In this document: piece by piece, positions 18,721 to 25,835 of the stretch
Layout: each line of letters starts with the position of its first letter
How positions within the stretch are numbered: the stretch's first letter is position 1
Assembly (NCBI RefSeq): GCF_001457595.1
Contig: NZ_LN831039.1
Span: forward strand, 6,180,001-6,212,000
DNA: 32,000 nt
Source of the DNA: Mycolicibacterium smegmatis
Lineage (GTDB): Bacteria; Actinomycetota; Actinomycetes; Mycobacteriales; Mycobacteriaceae
Direction: 5' to 3'
Made by a program: the position numbers and the translations under genes
Notes under the pieces: generated by a model
What the model saw: the letters and a program-made list of their open reading frames with translations, nothing else
The model's database searches: none
Told to the model about the DNA's origin: nothing

Positions 18721-19925
18721 CTGCGCGAGCGCTCCACACGTATCACGGCGATGTCATCGGAGAGGCCGCCGTGCGTCTGCGCACGTGACTCGGCCTCGTT
18801 GATCAGCGAGGTGACGAAGTCCCGCCCGGGCGTCGCGGCGAGCGCGCGGGCGACGGCGAGCAGGCCGCTCTCCCCCAGCCGCTCGTCACCACGTCCGGCG
18901 TGGCCCTCGAACAGTCCGTCGGTCAACAGCAGCAACCCGTGGCCCTCCGGTAGCTCGTAGTGGTTCACGGGCCACTCCCTGGCGCCCAGCCCCAGCGCGG
19001 CGCCGGGCCGCGGCTCGAGCCAGTCGACGGTGCCGTTGCCGTGCACCAGCAGGCCGGGGTGACCCGCACGCACCACCGTGAAGCGTCCGCTGTCGGGTTC
19101 CAGTGCCACGCTGCACAGCGTGGCGAAGATGCCCTTGCCGGGACGCTCGGTGGTCAGGATCCGGTCGAGCTGGCGCATGCGTTCGTTACCGCGCAGCCCT
19201 GCGAAGGTCAGCGCGCGCCACCCGATTCGCAGGGCAACGCCGAGCGCGGCCTCATCAGGTCCGTGACCTGCGACGTCACCGATCATCACGTGGACGGTGC
19301 GGTCGGGCGTCTGCACGACGTCGTAGAAGTCGCCGCCGATCAGGGCGTGCTGGCGGCTGGGCCGCGCCTCGACGACGATGTCGACGCCCGAACCCTCCAT
19401 GAGCAGCGGGGACGGCAGGAGCCCGCGCTCCAGGCGCGCGTTCTCCTGAGCCCTCAGCTGGCTGGCGTGCAGGTCGACCGAGGTGAGCTCGGCGCGTTTG
19501 CGTTCGATGGCGTAGAGGACCGCGCGGCGCAGCATCTCCGGTTCGACACGGCCTTTGACCAGGTAGTCCTGCGCACCCGAGGCCACCGCGGAAACGCCGA
19601 AGTGCTCGTCGTTGAGGCCTGTGAGCACGATGATCGGGATCCGCGCGTCCAGCTTGCCGAGGTGATGAAGCGCGTCGATCCCTGCCGCATCGGGAAGATT
19701 GAGGTCGAGCAGGACACAGTCGGGGCGGTGGTCGGCCAGCGTCCGCTCGGCGTCGGACATCGATTTCGCCCACACGAAGTCGATGTCGGGAGCATCGGCG
19801 ATCAGTTCTTCGACCAGGATGGCATCGGCACGGTCGTCTTCGACCAGCAGCAGGGAGAGGCGCCGCTGGCCCGGACCAGTTAGGTCAACGGGCGACGCAA
19901 TGACTCGGTCAAATGGCGCGCGCAT
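18717..19925 (-). CDS. Response regulator-PP2C (SpoIIE/RsbU-like) phosphatase fusion
   Basis: ATG 19925 (MRAPFDRVIASPVDL). Receiver: LLLVEDDRADAILVEELI...PDCVLLDLNLPDAAGIDAL...YLVKGRVEPEML; phosphatase: ALIGGDFYDVVQTPDRTVHVMIGDVAGHGPDEA...LLLLTDGLFEG...GGLSDDIAVIRVE. Confidence 0.93.
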   Translation of the reverse strand: MRAPFDRVIASPVDLTGPGQRRLSLLLVEDDRADAILVEELIADAPDIDFVWAKSMSDAERTLADHRPDCVLLDLNLPDAAGIDALHHLGKLDARIPIIVLTGLNDEHFGVSAVASGAQDYLVKGRVEPEMLRRAVLYAIERKRAELTSVDLHASQLRAQENARLERGLLPSPLLMEGSGVDIVVEARPSRQHALIGGDFYDVVQTPDRTVHVMIGDVAGHGPDEAALGVALRIGWRALTFAGLRGNERMRQLDRILTTERPGKGIFATLCSVALEPDSGRFTVVRAGHPGLLVHGNGTVDWLEPRPGAALGLGAREWPVNHYELPEGHGLLLLTDGLFEGHAGRGDERLGESGLLAVARALAATPGRDFVTSLINEAESRAQTHGGLSDDIAVIRVERSRR

Positions 19926-20116
19926 GGGAAAAACACGTCCTTCACAACGATGGCCACCCTGGTCGCGCTGACCCTCTGCTTTAGTGACAACACTCCTGAC
20001 AATACCCAGTGAACGCGTATTACCGACAATTCGCGGAGAACACCGCATGTAACGTTCTGACTTCTGGCAGTCCGACGTGTGGACTGCAAACGCGCTTGCG
20101 GCGCAGGCAGAAATTG

Positions 20117-20134
20117 CTGACACGGCCCTGTCAG
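20117..20134 (-). terminator. Candidate 3' hairpin downstream of the glucarate dehydratase operon (6-bp stem, 6-nt loop, no U tract)
   Basis: CTGACA-CGGCCC-TGTCAG perfect inverted repeat 22 bp past the stop codon at 20156-20158. Confidence 0.35.
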
Positions 20135-20155
20135 GCCGCTTCTACCTGCCCAGTG

Positions 20156-21427
20156 CTACCAACGCGGTCCCGACGCGTTGAAACCAGGATCGATGCTGCG
20201 CATGTACCCGGTGTCATCGCGGTCGCGGATTCCGCAGCGCAGATACTGCTCGTGCAGTGCGGCCAGAGCGTCCTCGTCGATCTCGACGCCGAGTCCGGGC
20301 GTCGCGGGAACCTGCACCTCGCCGTCACAAAAGTTCAGGGCGCCGGGTGCGACGACGTCTTCGTGGCGCCACGGCCAGTGCGTGTCGCACGCATAGGTCA
20401 GGTTGGGTGTTGCGGCGGCCAGATGCACCATGGCGGCCAGGCTGATCCCCAGGTGCGAGTTCGAATGCATGGAAAGCCCGAGCCCGAACGTGTCGCAGAT
20501 ACCGGCCAGCAGGCGTGAACGCTGCAGCCCGCCCCAGTAGTGGTGATCGGACAGCACCACCTGCACCGAGTTCTTGGCGACCGCCGCGGGCAGTTGGTCA
20601 AACGCGACGACGCACATGTTGGTCGCGAGCGGCATCGGTGCCTGCGCGGCCACCTCGGCCATCCCGTCGAGGCCCGGTGTGGGGTCTTCCAGGTACTCCA
20701 AAACCCCCTCGAGGCCCGCGGCGACCTTGACCGAGGTCTGCGGTGTCCACGCGGCGTTGGGGTCCAGACGCAGCGGATGGTCGGGGAACGCGGCGCGCAG
20801 CGCCTCGACGGCCGCCATCTCTTCCTCGGGTGCGAACACGCCGCCCTTGAGTTTGATTGCGCTGAAACCGTATTCATCGATCATGCGGCGCGCCTGCGCG
20901 ACGATGCCGTCGGGGTCCAGTGCGGCGCCCCAGCCGTCGGGTTCGGCGCCGGGATGCGCGGCCCACTTGTAGAACAGGTAGGCACTGAACGGCACGGCGT
21001 CGCGCACCGCGCCGCCGAGCAGGTCCGACACCGGCCTGCCGGTCACCTGCCCCTGCACGTCAAGACAGGCCACCTCGAACGGCGAGAACACCCGGTCGAC
21101 GACGCTGGCCGAGGTGATCATGCCGGCCAGACCGGATCCGTCCCCGGTGCGGTCACCGCCGAGTGCGTCCGAGATGAGTGCCCGGATCACGTTGGTGGAG
21201 AACACACTCCGGCCGACGATCGCGTGCGCCGCAGCCTGCAATCGCTCCAGGTGGACGGTGTCGGCGTAGGTCTCGCCCAGACCCGTCAGACCCGCGTCGG
21301 TGTCGAGTTGGATGACGGCGCGCAGCGCGTACGGCTGATGCACGCCGACCGTGTTGAGCAGCGGCGGATCCGCGAATGCCACGGGTGTGACGCGGGCGCC
21401 GGTGATGCGGATCCGGTTGTGCGCCAT
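20156..21427 (-). CDS. Glucarate dehydratase paralog (enolase superfamily, actinobacterial type)
   Basis: ATG 21427 (MAHNRIRITGARVTPVAFADPPLLNTVGVHQPYALRAVIQLDTDAGLTGLGETYAD). FSAIKLKGGVFAPEEE, LRLDPNAAW, YLEDPTPG, LATNMCV, SDHHYWGG, SMHSNSHLGISLAAMVHLAAA. Confidence 0.88.
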   Translation of the reverse strand: MAHNRIRITGARVTPVAFADPPLLNTVGVHQPYALRAVIQLDTDAGLTGLGETYADTVHLERLQAAAHAIVGRSVFSTNVIRALISDALGGDRTGDGSGLAGMITSASVVDRVFSPFEVACLDVQGQVTGRPVSDLLGGAVRDAVPFSAYLFYKWAAHPGAEPDGWGAALDPDGIVAQARRMIDEYGFSAIKLKGGVFAPEEEMAAVEALRAAFPDHPLRLDPNAAWTPQTSVKVAAGLEGVLEYLEDPTPGLDGMAEVAAQAPMPLATNMCVVAFDQLPAAVAKNSVQVVLSDHHYWGGLQRSRLLAGICDTFGLGLSMHSNSHLGISLAAMVHLAAATPNLTYACDTHWPWRHEDVVAPGALNFCDGEVQVPATPGLGVEIDEDALAALHEQYLRCGIRDRDDTGYMRSIDPGFNASGPRW

Positions 21428-21437
21428 CGGCGTTCTC

Positions 21438-22361
21438 CTAGTGCACGAGCGCGTCGGCGAGCACCGCACGTCCCGCCGAGAGGATGCGCTGCAATTCGTC
21501 CACGTCGTCGGGTGCGGCGTCGATCAGCGGCGGGCGCACCGGCCCGGCCTGCAGGCCACCGAGGGTGACGCCGGCCTTGATCAGCGACACCGCATAACCG
21601 GGCACCTTGTTGCGCAGGCGCACAAGTGGATGGAAGAAGGACCGCAGCAGCGCGGCGACCAGTGGTTCCTTCCCGTCCTCCAGCGCCCGGTAGAACGCGA
21701 GCGACACGTCGGGGGCGAAGGCGAACGTGGCCGACGAGTACAGCGTGACCCCGATGGCCCGGTAGGCCTGCTGCGAGACCTCCGCTGTCGGCAGGCCGTT
21801 GAAGAACTGGAACGGCTTACCCTCGTTCTCCAGCGCGTCGGTCACCGCACGCACGATGCGGGCTACCTGATCGAAATCGCCTGTGCCGTCCTTGAATCCG
21901 ACGACGTTGGGAAGCTTGGCGACCTCGATGGCCGAGCCCTCGGTGAACCGTGCGTTGTTGCGGTTGTAGACCACGAGCGGCAGATCGGTGACGGCGCTGA
22001 CCGCGCGTGTGTACCCGACGAGACCGGCCTGCGGCATCTCGACGAGATACGGCGGCAACAGCAGCAGGCCGTCGGCACCCGACTCGGCGGCGACCTGGGC
22101 GAACGCCTTGGCCGAGGCGACGGGGCCGCCCGCACCTGCGTACACCGGCACCCGGCCTGCGGCCGCGTCGACCGCGGTGCGTACCACGGTGCGCATCTCC
22201 TCGGGTTCGAGGGCGTGGAATTCGCCTGTGCCGCAACCGATGAAAACTCCACCGGGTCCCGCTTCGACGCCTCTGGCGACGTGCTGGGCGAGCAGGTCCA
22301 CATCCACGTCACCCGACGCGGTGAACGGGGTGACGGGGAAGAAGAGGACGCCGTCGAGCAT
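21438..22361 (-). CDS. kdgD: 5-dehydro-4-deoxyglucarate dehydratase (DHDPS superfamily)
   Basis: MLDGVLFFPVTPFTASGDVDVDLLAQHVARGVEAGPGGVFIGCGTGEFHAL...LLPPYLVEMPQAGLVGYTRAV...PNVVGFKDGTGDF; operon context with glucarate dehydratase and KGSADH. Confidence 0.92.
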   Translation of the reverse strand: MLDGVLFFPVTPFTASGDVDVDLLAQHVARGVEAGPGGVFIGCGTGEFHALEPEEMRTVVRTAVDAAAGRVPVYAGAGGPVASAKAFAQVAAESGADGLLLLPPYLVEMPQAGLVGYTRAVSAVTDLPLVVYNRNNARFTEGSAIEVAKLPNVVGFKDGTGDFDQVARIVRAVTDALENEGKPFQFFNGLPTAEVSQQAYRAIGVTLYSSATFAFAPDVSLAFYRALEDGKEPLVAALLRSFFHPLVRLRNKVPGYAVSLIKAGVTLGGLQAGPVRPPLIDAAPDDVDELQRILSAGRAVLADALVH

Positions 22362-22391
22362 GTGTGACTCCTAGAGGTTCGTGCGGGGTGA

Positions 22392-23990
22392 TCAGTCTTT
22401 GGTGAGTTGGCCGTCGACGGTGCGCCACAACCCGTCGGGGTTGCCGTCCGCAATGGCACTGGGCAGCAGGGATTTCGGTGCGTTCTGGTAGCAGACCGGC
22501 CGCAGGAAGCGTTCGATGGCCCTGGCTCCCACGGAGGTGGTGCGCGAATCGGAGGTGGACGGGAACGGCCCGCCGTGCACCATTGCGTGGCCGACCTCGA
22601 CGCCGGTGGGCCAGCCGTTGAACAGGATGCGGCCCGCCTTCAGCTCGAGGATCTCCAGCAGTTCACCGGCCTTGGCGTGGTCGGATTCCTCGGCGTGGAC
22701 CGTGGCCGTCAACTGGCCTTCGACTTCTGCGGCGACGCGCAGCATCTCGGCGTCGTCGGCACACCGGACGATCACGCCGGAGGCGCCGAACACCTCGGCC
22801 TGCAAGGCCTCGGTGGCCAGGAACGTGGGTACGTCGCTGCCGAACAGCGCGGCACGGCACGACACCGCAGGGGCGTTCTCGTCGGATCCCCGCGCGATGA
22901 GTTCCGCTGTGCCGGAGAGGGTCTCGACTCCGGTGCGGAAGTTCTCGGCGATGCCGGGTGTCAACATGGGCGTGGGCGCCGTGGCCGCGACGGCCTCGGC
23001 GGCCGCCGCGACGAACGCGTCGAGGTCGGGACCGTCGACCGCGATGACCAGGCCGGGGTTGGTGCAGAACTGCCCGGAGCCCATGGTGAGTGAGCCGACG
23101 AACGCGCGGGCCAGATCGGCTGCGCGTGCGGACAGCGCACCGCGCAGCAGGAACACCGGGTTGATGGCGCTCATCTCGGCGTAGACGGGGATCGGTTCGG
23201 GACGTGCGGCCGCGGCGGCCACCAGCGCCATGCCGCCCGCGCGGGACCCGGTGAAGCCCACGGCCTTGATGCGCGGATCGGTGACCAGGGCGCTGCCCAG
23301 ATCCGGCCCGTACCCGTACAGCAGGGAGAACGTGCCCGCGGGCATCCCGGTGGCGGTGACGGCCTGCGTGATGGCGCGTCCGACGAGCTCTGAGGTGCCC
23401 GGGTGTGCGTCGTGCGCCTTGACCACGACGGGGCACCCGGCGGCCAGGGCCGACGCGGTGTCGCCACCGGCGACCGAGAACGCGAGCGGGAAATTGCTCG
23501 CCCCGAACACCGCGACCGGGCCGAGCGGCACGCTGCGCTGCCGGATGTCGGGCCGTGGCAACGGTTCCCGGTCGGGAAGAGCCGGGTCGATGCGGGCCTG
23601 GTTCCAGCTGCCCTCGCGCAGCACACCGGCGAACAGTCGCAGTTGGCCCGAGGTGCGCCCCACCTCACCGGTCAGCCGGGCGACCGGCAGGCCGCTCTCG
23701 GCGTGGGCGCGCTCGACGAGCACATCACGGCTCGAGTCGAGGTTGTCCGCGATGGCCTCGAGGAAGCGGGCGCGCTGTTCGACAGGGGCATTGCGGTAGG
23801 GGCCGAACGCATCGGCCGCGGCCGCGCACGCGGCCTCGACGTGCGAGGTGTCGCCGTAGGGGTACGCGGGTTCGAGGAACGATCCGGTCTGCGGATCGAT
23901 GCCGCGGATCTCCCGTCCCGCGCCGCGCACCGGCGTACCCGCGATCAACATCTGCCCGGTCAGGTCTGTTGTCTGCACCATGGATGTCAT
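22392..23990 (-). CDS. Alpha-ketoglutarate (2,5-dioxovalerate) semialdehyde dehydrogenase
   Basis: ATG 23990 or 23981. GPVAVFGASNFPLAFSVAGGDTASALAAGCPVVVKAHDAHPGTSELV...GFTGSRAGG...VYAEMSAINPVFLL...MGSGQFCTNPGLV is the KGSADH-type ALDH signature. Confidence 0.92.
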   Translation of the reverse strand: MTSMVQTTDLTGQMLIAGTPVRGAGREIRGIDPQTGSFLEPAYPYGDTSHVEAACAAAADAFGPYRNAPVEQRARFLEAIADNLDSSRDVLVERAHAESGLPVARLTGEVGRTSGQLRLFAGVLREGSWNQARIDPALPDREPLPRPDIRQRSVPLGPVAVFGASNFPLAFSVAGGDTASALAAGCPVVVKAHDAHPGTSELVGRAITQAVTATGMPAGTFSLLYGYGPDLGSALVTDPRIKAVGFTGSRAGGMALVAAAAARPEPIPVYAEMSAINPVFLLRGALSARAADLARAFVGSLTMGSGQFCTNPGLVIAVDGPDLDAFVAAAAEAVAATAPTPMLTPGIAENFRTGVETLSGTAELIARGSDENAPAVSCRAALFGSDVPTFLATEALQAEVFGASGVIVRCADDAEMLRVAAEVEGQLTATVHAEESDHAKAGELLEILELKAGRILFNGWPTGVEVGHAMVHGGPFPSTSDSRTTSVGARAIERFLRPVCYQNAPKSLLPSAIADGNPDGLWRTVDGQLTKD

Positions 23991-24113
23991 AGTGGCACCG
24001 TAAGACCGGCGATAAATGCTTGTCCAAGTTAAGTTTGCGGCTTACTGATGCACTATTTGAATCGGTACCGGAAGCAGCGGTGAGCGCCCGGACGCTGTCG
24101 CGAAAGGCGCGAG

Positions 24114-24134
24114 GACTCCCCCGATCCGGGAGTC
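24114..24134 (-). terminator. Candidate hairpin terminator (7-bp perfect stem, 7-nt loop) at the 3' end of the 24133 gene
   Basis: GACTCCC-CCGATCC-GGGAGTC abuts the stop codon of the minus-strand ORF ending at 24133; no U tract, as is common in mycobacteria. Confidence 0.45.
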
Positions 24135-24549
24135 AGGAGGCGCGGCGGGCCTGGCCGCGCAACTCCAGGCGGTGCAACACGTCGGCGCCGAGCGCGTGCA
24201 GGTTCTGGTCGCCCGCCGGGATGAGGGTCACGCCCTCGGCGACCCCGGCCGAGGCGATGTCCTCGATCAGACCCGCGAGGCCGTCGGCCGTGCCGACGTA
24301 ACGGACCACCGCGTCGCCGGCGGGCACGTCGGCGGCCACCTCGAGGCGGCGCGCGGAGCGGAAGTCGTTCGCGACGGCGACGGTCACGTCGAGGATCACC
24401 GCCACGGTGTCGTCCTCGGCCTTGATGCGCGTCCGTTTACGTCGCGCCTGCGCCAGGTCCGACGCCGATATCCGGACCGTCGGGGCGGCGTCCTGCGCAC
24501 CGTCGGTCAGTTCACTCCAGGAATCGGCGTCCGCCACGAATAACCGCAC
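24133..24549 (-). CDS. Short protein resembling the C-terminal part of bacterial luciferase-like (SnaA/NtaA-type) monooxygenases
   Basis: ORF 24133..24594; alternative GTG start at 24549. VVRYVGTADGLAGLIEDIASAGVAEGVTLIPAGDQNLHALGADVLHRLELRGQARR resembles the xYVGTPxxLADLIEexxxxGvaDGFxLxP...vxPxLxxRG tail. Confidence 0.5.
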   Translation of the reverse strand: MRLFVADADSWSELTDGAQDAAPTVRISASDLAQARRKRTRIKAEDDTVAVILDVTVAVANDFRSARRLEVAADVPAGDAVVRYVGTADGLAGLIEDIASAGVAEGVTLIPAGDQNLHALGADVLHRLELRGQARRAS

Positions 24550-24638
24550 GCCCGCCAGACTATGCCCGACTGGTACATCCGTGCAGGGTTGCACTCACCG
24601 AGAATGTAAGGACCTGGTTACGAACTTCACCGCACCCG

Positions 24639-25607
24639 CTACTGGGCATCACGCACGCGGGTCTTGTACAGGCTCGCGGCCGTGGTGATCAGCAGCGTCA
24701 CGACGATCACGCCCAGGCTGGCCAGCGTCGGGATCTCGGGCACGTGTACAGGCTCACCGCCGTTGATGAACGGCAGCTCGTTCTCGTGCAACGCGTGCAG
24801 GATCAGCTTCACGCCGATGAACGCCAGGATGAACGCCAGCCCCTGCGACAGGTACACGAGCCGCTTGAGCAGGTCGCCCAGCAGGAAGTACAGCTGCCGC
24901 AGACCCATCAGCGCGAACACGTTGGCCGTGAACACCAGGTACGGCTCCTGCGTCAGGCCGTAGATCGCGGGAATCGAGTCAAGCGCGAACAACAGGTCGG
25001 TGGTGCCCAGGGCCACGATGACCAGGAACATCGGCGTGATCAGCCGTTTGCCGTTCTCCCGCACCCACAGGCGCAGCCCGTCCCATTTGTCGGTGGTGCG
25101 CAGGTGTTTGCGTGCGAAGCGCACCACCGCGTTGTCGCCGTCGTCGTCATGGTCGGTGTCACGGACCAGGTTGACCGCGGTGTACACCAGGAACGCGCCG
25201 AAGATGTAGAACACCCACGAGAACTGGTTGATGGCCACCGCGCCAAGCGCGATGAAGATGCCGCGGAAGATCAGCGCCAGGATGATGCCTACCAGCAGGG
25301 CCTGCTGCTGGTAGATCCTCGGCACCTTGAAGCTGGCCATGATGATCAAGAAGATGAACAGGTTGTCGACCGACAGGCTGTACTCGGTGAGCCATCCGGC
25401 GAAGAACTCGACGCCGTACCGGTGGCCGTGGAACAACCACGTCCACACTCCGAAGGCGATCGCGAGCCCGATGTAGATCGACAGGTACGTCGCCGTCTCG
25501 CGTCGCGTGGGTTCGTGTGGACGACGCCCGATGATCACCACGTCGAACAGCAGTACGGCGATCGTCACCGACAGGGTGATGATCCACTCGAGCTGGGTTA
25601 CGTGCAT
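24639..25607 (-). CDS. TerC/Alx-family integral membrane protein (putative Mn2+ exporter)
   Basis: MHVTQLEWIITLSVTIAVLLFDVV...EYSLSVDNLFIFLIIMASFKVP...VRENGKRLITPMFLVIVALGTTDLLFALDSIPAIYGLTQEPYLVFTANVFALMGLRQLYFLL: both TerC acidic TM motifs (SVDN, ALDS) are present. Confidence 0.95.
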   Translation of the reverse strand: MHVTQLEWIITLSVTIAVLLFDVVIIGRRPHEPTRRETATYLSIYIGLAIAFGVWTWLFHGHRYGVEFFAGWLTEYSLSVDNLFIFLIIMASFKVPRIYQQQALLVGIILALIFRGIFIALGAVAINQFSWVFYIFGAFLVYTAVNLVRDTDHDDDGDNAVVRFARKHLRTTDKWDGLRLWVRENGKRLITPMFLVIVALGTTDLLFALDSIPAIYGLTQEPYLVFTANVFALMGLRQLYFLLGDLLKRLVYLSQGLAFILAFIGVKLILHALHENELPFINGGEPVHVPEIPTLASLGVIVVTLLITTAASLYKTRVRDAQ

Positions 25608-25612
25608 CGATT

Positions 25613-25641
25613 ACCTCCGGTCGCCAAACAACGCCGGAGGT
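25613..25641 (-). promoter_or_regulatory. Expression platform: 8-bp inverted repeat pairing the 3' strand of riboswitch P1 with the terC Shine-Dalgarno
   Basis: Plus strand ACCTCCGG (25613-25620) / CCGGAGGT (25634-25641), 13-nt loop. The first arm contains the SD complement (mRNA GGAGGU, 5 nt from the ATG). Confidence 0.7.
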
Positions 25642-25738
25642 CTCTTCCACCGGGCCGAGACGGCCGGCCTGCGGCACCGATCGGTTCCATGGCGACCGAC
25701 GTGATGACGACACCGCAGCGAAGGAATACTCCCCTCCG
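25635..25738 (-). promoter_or_regulatory. yybP-ykoY (manganese) riboswitch candidate in the terC leader
   Basis: Transcript-sense CGGAGGGGAGUAUUCCUUCGCUGCGGUGUCGUCAUCACGUCGGUCGCCAUGGAACCGAUCGGUGCCGCAGGCCGGCCGUCUCGGCCCGGUGGAAGAGACCUCCG. P1 stem CGGAGG/CCUCCG, conserved GGGGAGUA and AAGAGACCUCC elements; upstream of a TerC-family gene. Confidence 0.83.
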
Positions 25739-25835
25739 CGGACAAGTGTGCCTGATCGTGACCGTGATCCGAAATCGAACAGCCACGCCGCGTCGTCTCC
25801 GGCCCGCCCGGGCACGGGCTTAGTAGTTTGTATCC

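Noticed and set aside
24020-24301. 93-aa plus-strand ORF (MSKLSLRLTDALFESVPEAAVSARTLSRKARGL...) as a possible missing regulator
   Set aside because: No HTH pattern, most of it is antisense to the 24133 gene, and composition looks random.
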